Below are positions 1-12,100 of a DNA stretch of 35,373 nucleotides, in pieces. Position 1 is the stretch's first letter, and every line of letters begins with the position of its first letter. Location: assembly GCA_032718475.1 (NCBI GenBank), contig JAUCBJ010001801.1, positions 1 to 35,373 on the forward strand. Direction: 5' to 3'. The notes under the pieces are model-generated. The model searched no databases and was not told where the DNA came from. It worked only from the letters and a program-made list of their open reading frames with translations. A program made the position numbers and the translations under genes. The DNA is from Nemertoderma westbladi. Taxonomy: Eukaryota > Animalia > Xenacoelomorpha.

Positions 1-354
1 CACATATGACACCTTTTGACAATTTAACGTTTTGCAAAATATGTTTTCCAAAAAAAAAATAAGTTTTCCAAAAGTGTTAAGCCACATTTTGATCAATATT
101 TCGGAGAAAATGCTATATTCGAGCACACTAACTAGAAAAATACTTTAATTTTCATAAATGTTTTCTTATAAAAACACAACAAAAACTGGATAATACAACA
201 ACGATCACACAGGTTGTTAAAAACGTTGACATCGATTATCTCAAATTGAAGTTTTGTGGCTTATATAACACCTTTGAAAAAAAATTTTTTCATTAACAAT
301 TTTTTCTACTGGACTGTCCGACCATATGGTTCCCATCAATTGGTAAAGTGATCG

Positions 355-405
355 TTTATTGTTTTGTTAGAAGACTCGCCTCTGTAACCTGCTCCTTTCC
401 CCTAA
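355..405. repeat. Interspersed repeat terminus, copy 1 of 3 (putative DNA-transposon end)
   Basis: tttattgttttgttagaa...ctgtaacctgctcctttcccctaa matches ~15676-15730 and ~32765-32817 in the same orientation. Confidence 0.55.
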
Positions 406-923
406 CAAACTTATATGTAGTGTCAATGTAATTTCTCTCTGCTGGACCGATGTAAAGCACGTTGCATTTGTGGGAAGCAATGTTTAATTGCCCGGTTTCA
501 GCCCAATGTTCTAATGAAGATAAAGCACGGACGAGGGAAACTCTATCGGTAGAATTCGCGTACAGCTTTACATCGTCAGCAAAAAGTTTACAGGCAACAG
601 GATCAACAACATCGGGTAAATCGTTTATAAATAACAAGAACAATAAGGGACCACAAACGCTTCCCTGGGGTCTACCTGAAATTACAATCGGAGGAAAAAG
701 CGTTACCAACTACAATCTTTTGCGAACGATTAGATAGAAAGGCAATGAACCAAAGCAACAGGTCACCAGAAATACTATAACTGCTAAGTTTACAGATTAG
801 TTTATTATGCACCACAGAATCAAATGCCTTAGCAAAGTCAATGTAAATAACATCTGTACTTATACGCCCATCCAATAGAGTACACCATTCATTAACACAA
901 TCAAGTAGTTGCGTACACCACAC
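406..923 (-). pseudogene. Decayed non-LTR (LINE; CR1/L2/Jockey-like) reverse transcriptase fragment
   Basis: Two overlapping minus-strand ORFs (672-923, 356-709) give DVIYIDFAKAFDSVVH, PQGSVCGPLLFLLFINDLP and KLFADDVKLY, which are non-LTR RT motifs. Frameshift near 700; the fragment ends at an unrelated repeat terminus near 405. Confidence 0.9.
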
Positions 924-943
924 ACCTACCGTACACCTACAGT

Positions 944-1174
944 ATTCCGCAGTTGAATATACCTACCATTTTTGGTGCTAAAATGAAAAGTGCAAGTAAC
1001 CAGCATTTATCAAATTACAGAATTAGTGAAAACAACAAGAATTGTAGGAATGGTGTTTATTTCAATAACATACAGGTTTTCTGGTGCGCTGATTTCAATG
1101 GAAGGCTTTTTAAATTCCGCAGTTGAATACACCTACCATGTTCGGCTGTTGGTGCTAAAATGAAAAGTGCAAGT
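944..1174. repeat. Local direct duplication of about 55-60 bp
   Basis: attccgcagttgaata(t/c)acctaccat...ttggtgctaaaatgaaaagtgcaagt occurs at ~944-997 and ~1114-1174. Confidence 0.75.
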
Positions 1175-2213
1175 GTAAATAAAACATAATTTTTCAAATT
1201 TTGTAGATTATACCGGTATGTAAGCAGCCATACGTTCTACTGTTCTATGTAATATTGTAAGTTGATATTTTGGATGTGTACATTACCTGATTACAGTATA
1301 ATTATAAATATAATTACATCCTTCCGGTATCATAAATGATACAAATTAATTTATACTGTATAATAATGATTCCTAAGGTTTGTGTCACAACCGTTACGGC
1401 CGCAAGTGTTATTATGGCACTTTATATACATTTGTACGCCCAATATTACAATTATCACTTTGTGTGGAATCATATTCCAAAATGTACGGTAATGTAAATG
1501 GCGAGTAAAAAAAACGACCTTCCGTTCCTTGAATTATAGGGCCTACATGCTAATATTATAATAATTATAATAATTATTATAATAATATATCCTACATGCT
1601 ACATGTTAATTTTACGACCGTTACGCTGATTACTACAACTGGAACATATAGTCAAGTTAAACTATATGACTCAAACAATTGATACGAACCAGCTAACGAT
1701 AGATACTGTATAAAAGATTATAACCATTACTGCCGGGGATCTGGAGATATTGGAAAAACTTGCTCTTCAGTGTAACGGTCTGTGATCACTCTGATCGTAC
1801 CAAGCAGCAAATGCCATCTACTAATCTTAATTTATGTATATTTAGAGCTAGCAGGTTGACTGTGATTCGGGTGTATAGACGGACGGATCGTAAGGGGTGC
1901 ATGTAAAGAGCGGACTGCGGACTGCGGACTGCGGATTGTCAATTAAAAGCCCAAATATGCGCGGTCAATTTGAATTATAGCATTATAATGTAAGAATCCG
2001 CTCTTTGTTGTCTGGACAAACGGCGGACTGAAGCCAGAAAATTTTAACCTGATTGGCTCAATCATTTACATAGGCCCAAAGGGAACTTTCCTGAATCCTC
2101 TTATTGGCTTAAATGTTTTCATGTGACACAGAGATGGAAACCTATTATTTTGAAAACCTATTATGTAGGCAGTGTAGGAAGAACTCTTGAACTTTCAATA
2201 AAATCTCTCAGGT

Positions 2214-2350
2214 TAAGGCCGGTTCACTCTTTTAAGCATGATTCATTCGTAACTCTACTTTGGATGAAGACTTTGGGACTACTGTAGTATGTACTTCTGC
2301 TGCCGAAGCCGAGTTATGCTTATTGCTTAAAGGTGTGAACCGCGACCTTA
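2214..2350. mobile_element. Small MITE nested in the MULE-like element
   Basis: Imperfect ~26-bp terminal inverted repeats taaggccggttcactcttttaagca / tgcttaaaggtgtgaaccgcgacctta with TA-containing flanks. Confidence 0.6.
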
Positions 2351-2658
2351 TAAGATATTCCTTGTTTGCTTGTTACTTAAATTAAAAGTTTTTACGTTGG
2401 GGTCGTCCAAAAAAAAAAGGGGGGGGGGGGGGGGTTGGCTCGTACTGCCACTATTATGTCTCTGTTAGTTGAAACAAAATTGGAACATAATTGAAACATA
2501 TTAGTCGTACATACTAGTAGTGAAACGTTATTTTTCCAAGATTGACCGACTTATTAGCGTTCAAACATTTCCGACGATGACAACGACAGACGGGTCCACC
2601 ACTTCTACCCATATGCTAAGGCTCACCTGGACTTACGTTGCTCGCCCCACAGTTAATC

Positions 2659-2934
2659 GCCCATGTGAAGAATACCAGGATTTCACTTTTCGGTCGACTT
2701 TTTTTTGGAATTTTATATATGAAGATTTTTTATTTTTTTAAATTTATCTTTATTAAGTGTTTTATAGCGCTTATTTCTGTCTTATAACCTGTACATATAC
2801 TAATTTGTTTATTGTTTTGGTTAGATTCAGCCCTTCTGTAACCTGTATTTTTTGTGAAAACCTGGTATTCTTCACATGGGGGTAACTGCAAAGTGAAATA
2901 TAACGGCAGAAAGTCTGGTATACTTCACATGGGC
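2659..2934. mobile_element. Second nested MITE with ~20-bp TIRs and a 9-10 bp TSD
   Basis: gcccatgtgaagaataccag (2659) and ctggtatacttcacatgggc (ends 2934), with an extra internal TIR copy at ~2854-2880. Flanked by ACAGTTAATC and CCAGTTAATC. Confidence 0.65.
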
Positions 2935-4579
2935 CCAGTTAATCGTATGTCAGATATGTAGGATATCACAGTCCACACTAAAAAAGCATTAAAAAAAGCA
3001 CTAGCCGATCAGGTGTTGGTGGTTTTCATTTTAAGGCTGTCATAAAAATTTGGACAGAATTAAATGCCAGTAATTAGATGCGTCCTATTGGATGCTATTT
3101 ATAGATCCACACCCCTTTTCTTTGCCCCTGTTCCCCCTTTTCTTACGCTCTCTTACCCCCAGCACAGAGAAGATCTTCCCCCAAGCTCCTGCGCTTAGGA
3201 TGTCCGAATATTCGCTCTCTTATATTTGCGAACAGACAACTGTGACATAAACTCTAAAGGCAGGAAGTATATAAAAATATTGATTGAAATAAATAATCTG
3301 AAAATCCGTAGGATGTTGATTATATAGTAGGCCCTTAATCAACAATCCACGTAATTACTGTATAGGATAATTATTTCCTGTATTACAGTGTTGCACAATG
3401 GTAAACATTTAAAAGCCAAATGGGATGATTAATTCTTTAAGTTCCCTTTCAGCTTCAGCCTATGTACATGATTGAGCCAATCAGGTTACAATTTGCCGGC
3501 TTCAGTCCGCCATTTGTCCAGACAACAAAGAGCGGATTCTTAGTTTGGAAGTCGATAATTCAAATTGACCGCGCGGATTTTGGCAATCCCCAGTCCGTAG
3601 TCCGCCAGTCCGCAGTCCGCTCTTTACATGCACCCGGATCGTAAGGCCTACAGTTTGTACCAGTCCACTCGAGTCCAGCCTCAGTAGTCACTGCGTCAGT
3701 AGTCACTGAGTCAGAGTCATACCAGTACGAGTACAGCAGTACCACCGGTACCAGCGAAGTAGCAGAGTATGGCAAGTGCACGCACCAGTCAGCCAGTGCA
3801 CGCCTCAAAAATTTGTTTTGCTCGCCTGAATGACCAGTACACGCCTTAAAATTGTTGTGCACGCCTGAAAAATTTATTAATTGACCAACAAAAAATGCAC
3901 GCGTAAAATTTTGAACTACACGCCTATCTAGTATCTCAGTATCTACCAGTCTGCCAGTCTACTGTCTCGTCTGACTGTCAGACTGTAGAGCCCGACTGCC
4001 CAATATAACTACTATCAGACTATAAGGCGCCTGTGCCCGTGCCCGTTGCACTCCACATCCTGACATCCTTTGCCTGTACTGTATGCTCATTCAGTCATTA
4101 TTACTGTATAATTTTTGCCAGTAGTTATTCTTATAATATCCAGTACTGCAGTCTGGCAGTACTGCAGTATGGCAGTATGGCGATTGACGGCTTGCCCAAT
4201 ACAATAGAACAAAATACTGGAATAACTGAATAAGGCCACTTACTGACTTACAGTAGGCTGGTTTGAAGCGTTTCTTCTGCTGTTCTGTTCTGTCCTTACT
4301 CTCATCCAACCCATCAGCCCATGTCAGCATGTGACAAAATACTAACAACATACAACGTAAAAATACATACCAACGTCAAGACGTCTGCACTGCTCCACTG
4401 CACGCCAGGCTGCAAACCACCACTGAACCGCGCACAACGCCTGCGCACAATTTTTCAGCCCCACAATATTGGACAATATACCTACCGCGCATGCACCGAA
4501 AAAAAACGCGCACACCACATTTTAACAATGTAAACGAGAAACATATGCCAGCGAAGCGAGCAAAACCTTTTCATTAACA

Positions 4580-4746
4580 TTGCAAAATGAACAGATGAAA
4601 AAGAAACGCGAGCAAAACTCAAAGTGAGAGAAATTTGTCCATTCTAACAGCTGAACAGTGCAAAATGTAAGATAAAGAAACGCGAGCAAAACTCAAATTG
4701 AGCGAAATTTTTTCCTTCTAACAGTGCAAAATGAAAAAGAAACGCG
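4580..4746. repeat. Degenerate tandem repeat, about 3 copies of a 60-80 bp unit
   Basis: tgcaaaatg...aaagaaacgcga(gcaaaactcaaa) recurs at ~4581, ~4659 and ~4725. Confidence 0.6.
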
Positions 4747-4783
4747 ACTACCAGTCTGCTTTATATTATTTACAGCGTTAATT

Positions 4784-4909
4784 GTAAAATTTTATGAAAA
4801 ACCATAAAAAACCATAAAAAACCAAATTTTTCGCCTTTTTTTAAAAGTTGGTTAAACCAAAAAACCATAAAAAACCAATGGTGAGAAAAACCATTGGTTG
4901 CCAACCCTG
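4784..4909. mobile_element. Probable truncated hAT-type transposon end
   Basis: Reiterated AAAACC(AT) subterminal motifs ending in ggttgccaaccctg (reverse complement CAGGGTTGGCAACC, a hAT-like TIR). No partner TIR found. Confidence 0.4.
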
Positions 4910-6039
4910 ACAACAACTGAACAATCATTAGCCAGACGGATTTCCATGTGTGTGAGACTGCTGGAATGTGAGTGAGTAATGGGGTGTGTTCGTGCTGTGG
5001 GTCGAACCCTATACAGCTATTTGGAATACTGGAATATTGACAAAAACAGAAAAAGCGCGCCACACGGCAGCACGGGTTCTGGTAAAACGAAAAGCGCGCC
5101 AGCCATGACATTCAATGCGCGCCATGTTCAGACTGTCAGATGAAATATAAATACCAACATTTTGATTTGGGGGTGACAGTGCAGCAGTGACAGGAAATAT
5201 TCCCACAGGCAGACAGGCACATGGCCAGTTCCCGACCTTGGCGCAAGTTAGTCAGTAAGTCATATTCCCAATTTTGTGATGATCAACTTCTAGTATTAAT
5301 ACCTGAATACTGCATTGATATTACAGTATTAATAGAATCGCAATGAGGTTTAGTTGGCAGGTTGGTGTAGCTGTAGACACCTTCAAAACAAGCATAGAGC
5401 AGCGAATAGTTTTTGAGATATTGCAGAAAATGTGAAGTCCGGCCACAAGTCAACATTAGCACCTTGACTGCTTGATGCGATATTGACAAATACACTAAAA
5501 ATGATACTTCTAATTCTGTAATTATCGCAAGGCATCCGCAATTCAACAAAACAACATACAGACACAAAACAAAACAACAAAAGTTGTATTTATACACATG
5601 TACTGATGTACGTAGGTACCGTACACCAACTGACCAATACTGAACTGGTGAACCGGTATAATAAATACAGAAATATCAGCTGCCAGTAATACTGCAGTTT
5701 TAAAAAATTCAGTGCCCCTGAAACCGGAAAGAGCCCGCTCACAGCCTCAGACTGTCAGAAGATCAGAGAGTCAGCTGGTCAGAAGGTAGATTACTGCTTG
5801 CTGCTGTCCTGGACTACGCCTAGCCTACCTGCCAGCCTGCCTACCGGAACTCGGACAGCTGGACAGACCGGTACCTACAGGTACGCGCTACCTAACTACT
5901 GAACTATAGAACTAACGGTAACAGACAGACAGAAATTAAACAAATTACCGTACTGCCGTAGGCCTATTAAACGCAATAATTATACTTGATTTGTACCGCC
6001 GAATTATTACCAAGCGTTCAATCTTCAAGCGTTATCAAG

Positions 6040-6166
6040 ATGAGTGCCGGTGGGGGTCAACCTTACATAGGTAGTAAGATCAGTTTGATATCGAAATCTA
6101 ACATCAGATATGAAGGTATTCTGTTTACCGTGGACACAAATGAATCTACAGTTACGTTGACAAATG
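6040..6166 (+). CDS. LSM14: LSM14 exon 1 (LSm domain, N-terminal half)
   Basis: ATG at 6040, [19 protein letters not shown]; donor G|gttagt. Confidence 0.92.
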
Positions 6167-9100
6167 GTTAGTCCAGTTATTACAGTTCTTTAGGCCTAGT
6201 CAAATTCAAGTACTGAAGTGCTAAACCTAAATCAAAGTAGCTATTATTTACTAGACTGCTATTACTTACACTGTTACTAGTCAGCTAGTAGTATCAGAAG
6301 TAGGAACCCTAGCCATGCAGTCAGTCCTGCAGTCCTTACTCCTTAGTCTGCAGTCTTATAAGTCCTAAGAGTACAAACGATCTACCCCCTAAAACGCCCT
6401 ATATTTGCAGATATTAACCACTACTTGTTTGTTGTATTGCAGTTCGATTGCTCGGCACCGAGGACAGACCAGCGGAGAAACCCCTCCCACCTCGCGATGA
6501 GATTTACGAATACATTATATTTAGAGGCGGCGACATTAAAGATATTCATGTTTGCGAAATGGCGAAACAGGAAATACCTGATCCTGCCATTATTTCGGTG
6601 AGACATATAATGTACGGTATCACTTCTAACAGCCATTTGCTGATTTGCGTGTTGTTATACAGTTATATATTAGCGGAAATTGGCGCCTTATTTAACATTT
6701 ATTGGTACGAGAACCAGTACTGGACTATTATACTGGACTGAGTCCAGTATAATAGGTACTAATATTAGCCTTTCCCAAAATAAATAAAACTATCAGATTA
6801 TAGAACCTAGGTACGGTAAGTAATCATTAATGATGGCAACTGGTTTATACCAATAAATGTATATCGTATATATATAACTATTATCTACTGATTATTGGGA
6901 AAAAATTAGTACCGGTAGGGAATATTTACTGATTAATTATGTTAAGAATATTTAATATATGTTTAGTTTATATTCCTCTAGAAATTGTAAATCTCAAATT
7001 GTTGTAATATTTTCCATTCAGCAACGATCGGCCACTGTAAACCAACACCAGCCGTCCCCCAGCGGTGCCCCCGGGACTACTACCCCCGTCCCCCAGGCCA
7101 CCTACCAGCAGCCCCCTCCACCACCACCCCCACAGTTCGCCCCCTCCGTCCCCTTCCCCCCCAACCTCCCCAACATGCCGGGCGGGGGTCCCGGGGTTAT
7201 CGGCGGCGGGTTATTGAACCGACCTGGTCCGTCGGCCTTCGACCATCCCAGTCGTGGCTCGACCCCGCCCCCACCGCAGCTCTTCGGTAGAAAGAGCCCC
7301 ACTATGGAGCAGGTTTGTTACACTTCCAGCCGTTTTATTATCGTCAATTTATTATCTTTCTGTAATTAGAATTATGGATTATTATTGCTTTATGTTCTGA
7401 ATCACAGAAATCTGAATCTGAACCTTACAATTCGCCACTCATTGATTCATTAGGCTATAAGAACTGTCGGAAACGCGTATACCGTTAAGACATTCATTGT
7501 GGTACCGTACCGGTCGTTATCTTTTTTCATTCTTCTCACAGTCTGATTCTGACAGCTGTATGTACCGGTATCGGTGTATATATGAATGTCGTCATTATTG
7601 TTTTGCAATTTCCGGTGACCGGAAGTACAAGTGTATATATTATACATGACCTTTATCTTATGTTTTGTCGGGTATATATTAATAATGTGTGGTAAGCTTT
7701 GCAAAACGAAAATATAACTTATATAACTTAATATTGCTTGAGTTTCTGTAATATAATTTAGTCATTCAATTACTAGCCAAACTTATTTATTTGTAATTCT
7801 ATATCTAATTCTTTATGAATATTTAGATAAAATATTTTTATAATGGCGATGTTATTTTAATGTCTGGTTACTGCCTGCCTAGTTACTGCCTGCCTAGTTA
7901 CTGCCTGCCTGGTTACTGCCTGCCTAGTTACTGCCTGCCTGGTTACTGCCTGCCTAGTTACTGCCTGCCTGGTTACTGCCTGTCTGGTTACTGCCTGTCT
8001 GGTTACTGCCTGTCTGGTTACTGCCTGCCTGGTTACTGCCTGCCTAGTTACTGCCTGCCTGGTTACTGCCTGCCTGGTTACTGCCTGTCTGGTTACTGCC
8101 TGTCTGGTTACTGCCTGCCTGGTTACTGCCTGCCTGGTTACTGCCTGCCTGGTTACTATTTATTATACACCGGAAATACTTGAAGGAACCTAGTGATTGA
8201 TACTAATTAATTAATTAGCGGACACCTTGCTGATACTAATTAATTAATTAGCGGACACCTTGCTGATACTAATTAATTAATTAGCGGACCTTGCGCTGCA
8301 CAGCTGATTGATTCTGTCATATTCCCTTCACCTCACTTTACCAACTAGGATAAGCTAAAAAAATTCCTAAAGTTTATCAGAAACATAATGCTGTAAACGT
8401 AGGAGTGAATGAGGGAAATTAAAAGAAAACGAACTTGTATTTAAATTGTTACTATGACGATATATTATCTAACCAAAATTATAAACCAATCATCTAGAAA
8501 ATTCCATTTTGCTTTTTATATTAAGTGACGATAAACAGTTTCTAATTGTTTTATTTATCTAGTCAAATCAGATAGAAGATCATCAACTCGCCCACCCGTA
8601 CGTGACGTCACCACCCCCGCGTTCCAACCGGGGGGCTGCGTTCCATCGTTCCATGGGTGGGGAACCCCGGTACAGTCGTCCACCGCCGAGCCACGAGGCG
8701 GACAGACGGAGTCCCCCGGGTCACTACGCCGGCTACAGTCGCGGTCCCCAGCCCTCTAGCGGTGCGACTGGGTACAACGGGCCTCAGTCGTCAAACTACA
8801 ACAGACCGCGGTAGGTCTCCCACCCTATTACCAGTACCGTATTTGTGTACTTTTACACCAACGCCCTGAATTATATTGTCTTTTTTTATTTCCCCTGTTG
8901 TCATCTACAGTAATTACAATAACGAAGTTCAAGTCTACAAATTTCGGATTTCACTACACAATACCCACCCCTGCTGGTGAAATGTAAAAAAAATTGACAA
9001 ACTAATTCAGGAGGGAGATTTACAAAACTAATTACTAATACTACAAATAAACAATAAGAATAAAAACAATAATACACAACGGACGTGACAGCAACTGACT

Positions 9101-12100
9101 CCCGCAGTGGTCGTCTAGCCGCCCAACCGCGCAGGCACAGTGTGGGCGACCGGGGGAAGTCGAAGCTTAACGTCCGCTGGACCCAGGATACGATGCAGAT
9201 ACGATGCGTGGGTGGGTGCTCGTGGAGGGATCCATCTTAGATAATCTCTCCTCATATTTTCGGCACTTCCTCTCATTGTGATGGATATGGGCGACGTTGA
9301 TTGCATCACCGCATTGGTGTCCGACACGCGACGCCGATAAAAGCCGTAAAACAAACAATGTTAACTAAACTATTAAAGATAAAGAAACATAAAAAATCTT
9401 CATAACACCTATAAATGTTTTTTTCAACCACCTTTATTAAGAAATCTTTAATTAACAGTTTCCTTTTTTATCCTCTCGCCAGTTGTTATGGTTACAAATC
9501 ATACATTTATTCCCGCAGTTATAATAATATGGGTTACTCTAGTCGCGATGGTTACGAGCCTGGCAACCGAAGTGCCGGCGTATCGCGTGACTTCTACGAC
9601 GCGCCGACACAACGGCCGTCCTACAGAGAGGCCAGCTACCGGGAGACGAGCTACCGTCCGACCACTTACCGACCGAGCGCCAGCCCCGCTAGGGGCGTAC
9701 TGCGGGGCGGACGAGGGGGTGGGGCGCCGCCGGGGGGCCCCAACCGCTCCCGGGAGCCGGTCGCTGAGTTCGACTTCGAGAAGGCCAACGCTAAGTTCGA
9801 TAAGGACGAAGTCGCTAATGAGTTTAAGAAACTCAGTTTGGGTTAGTGTTCTTAGCGTCACACTATTACTACCCTTTGGGGTTGTCTATATGCTGTCCCG
9901 ATATTATAGTCTACAATTATTGTTAATAATGTTAAATATATGAACTTTGCTACTGTATTAAGGTCTAAGGATTGTTTGTGCAAATCGAGTTTTCGCGTCG
10001 GTTTATTTTGTTTCTGTATTATATTTCCTCATTATAGAACAAAGCTTTAAGAACACATTTTTAAATAACACCAACTTCCTGACTCACTCCCGGTTTACCT
10101 TTTTTCCATCAGTGCCAATATTTAACGTCTCCGATTATCTGTTTAGCGGCTGTTGTTAATGGAGACGATAAGCCAGCCAGAGCCGTCGATGGTGAGATTG
10201 TTGAGGAGGACGGACAGGATGAAGATGGTACGGACTCCGTCGATGATCCCGCCTTCTACGATAAAGATAAATCATTCTTCGATCATATATCTTGCGAGGC
10301 TTTAGATAAAGAAAGAAAATCGTAAGTGTAACTTACAATATGCTGTTGGTTTAGGTATGTCTGCGTCCCGTAGACCAACTACGAACCGAACCCTACAGTA
10401 CTCCGCGGTCGTAAGCGGTCGTAATCATGATTTTATTTCTGTTCTGTAAGTAAAAGAATCGTTACTATTGATTATAGACGACGGGCCCCTACTTGGCAAG
10501 AAGAGAAGCAGCTGAATACTCAGACCTTTGGAGTTTCTAGTGTCCATCAGAACCAGTACAGACGGGGCGGTCCCTGGAGGGGTGGCGGTGGATACAGAGG
10601 GGGTCAGATGCCCCCTCCAAGGGGCTTCAGGGGGTTAGTATATGAGATCAAGTAAAGTTAATCGTTTACGATCACTAACTAAGCTGCAGCACTGGTGTCC
10701 AACCCCTCCTCCCAATCTCTACAGTAGTGCGGTACCCGTACCGGTAAGTACCACCCAAGGTATACCGTTCGGGAGGCATTGGGAACATATCTAATGCCAC
10801 GGTTTACCCTAGGCATATTACCAATTGGGGTGCCGTTTCAGCCTATTTTAACATATTAACTTCATTTCGCGAATATTTAATTTCGATATTCACCATTTAA
10901 GGTACCTTTTAGCAAAGTACCCGGTTCTAATGGCAGGCTATTCTAACCAAAACAATATACTAAATTTAAATTAAATAAAATAAATTAATTAATTTTAAAT
11001 TTTAAATAAATTAAAAATAAAACACAGTTTACAGTAAAATTTGTATTTCTAAGGAGATCTAGGCACTAATTTTTCAATATTAATTTATCATTAACCCTAT
11101 GAGAAGGCTGTGAAAAGTGAAAGATCACATTAGTATCATTGTGTTAGGTGTGATCGGGGGTGTAGCTTGGCCTTGGGTTCGGCGGTCTTCGATCAGTGAT
11201 TTTATTTATTTATTTATTATTAATTAAGATTTCAATCTCTGACTTGTGCTTTATCGTCTTGGCGTATTTGTTTTCTGTTTACGAACTGCTTATTATTCAA
11301 CTGATCTCAATTAGTTTTCTATTTTTGGTTGTTTATTTTAGATTTTTTGTTTGTGCCGGATCTTGTGCTCATCATAGTAATAGTTAAACTGTGGTGGTGA
11401 TGGTGAGCTACAAAATTAGTCAAAAACATTTAAAAATAATAAATGGCAGAATGGTGAATTCATTAACTATGCTTCGCTATTTAAATATTCATTTACGAGT
11501 TTGATTTGTAGGAGTTGGTTTAAGTATAAAAAATTTTTCATTTCAGTTTCAGTACCCGCAAGCAGCATTAATAATAACGGAAAAGTGACAATATGATTTG
11601 GTTAAAAGTTCTCAATTTTTACTTATCTATGCCATTACCGGATCCGCCACTTCTCCACGCGGACGGTGGTGTTGGTGTACATACACTGTACATGTACGGT
11701 ACACACAGTAGGCCTTGCGCCCCACTGACTTGGACTGAATTACATATATTCTGGGAACCAGTCAACAAGTACCGGTTTAACAGCCGTACATCAGTACATA
11801 GTGCAGGAGTGTCATTACTGTTAGAACCATTGTTAGATACTCGGCCACTGGGTACAGAGCAGAGACTACAGCACGAGCGCGGTAACAAACAATCTGATAA
11901 TGGCCGGTTTGATCTACCGATATCCTTTCCTGCGTTCAACCTTTTGTACCCGAGCGAACCGTTTTATTAATCAAATTCCTTCGGATAAAACTGTAACCGG
12001 GATATTAAACTCGCTTCCGTTTATACCGGGAAACATTTTTCTACGCCAATACGCGAAAACCTTCTACACGAGAGAAAAGGAACACCTAAACATCGGTACT

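Larger units (their letters stand above)
1895..3635. mobile_element. Non-autonomous DNA transposon with long TIRs and a 10-bp TSD (Mutator/MULE-like)
   Basis: Imperfect ~180-bp TIRs starting GGGTGCATGTAAAGAGCGGACTGCGGACTG (1895-~2075; inverse ~3458-3635), flanked by the exact direct repeat GGATCGTAAG (1885-1894 and 3636-3645). No transposase ORF. Long TIRs with a 9-11 bp TSD are typical of MULEs. Confidence 0.85.

Noticed and set aside
2520-5597. Short ORFs of 60-113 aa upstream of LSM14
   Set aside because: They lie in transposon-derived or low-complexity DNA, with no domains and no coherent exon chain.
7860-8183. 107-aa Cys-rich (GYCLP)n protein
   Set aside because: It is the translation of a 15-bp intronic minisatellite, with no splice support or signal peptide.
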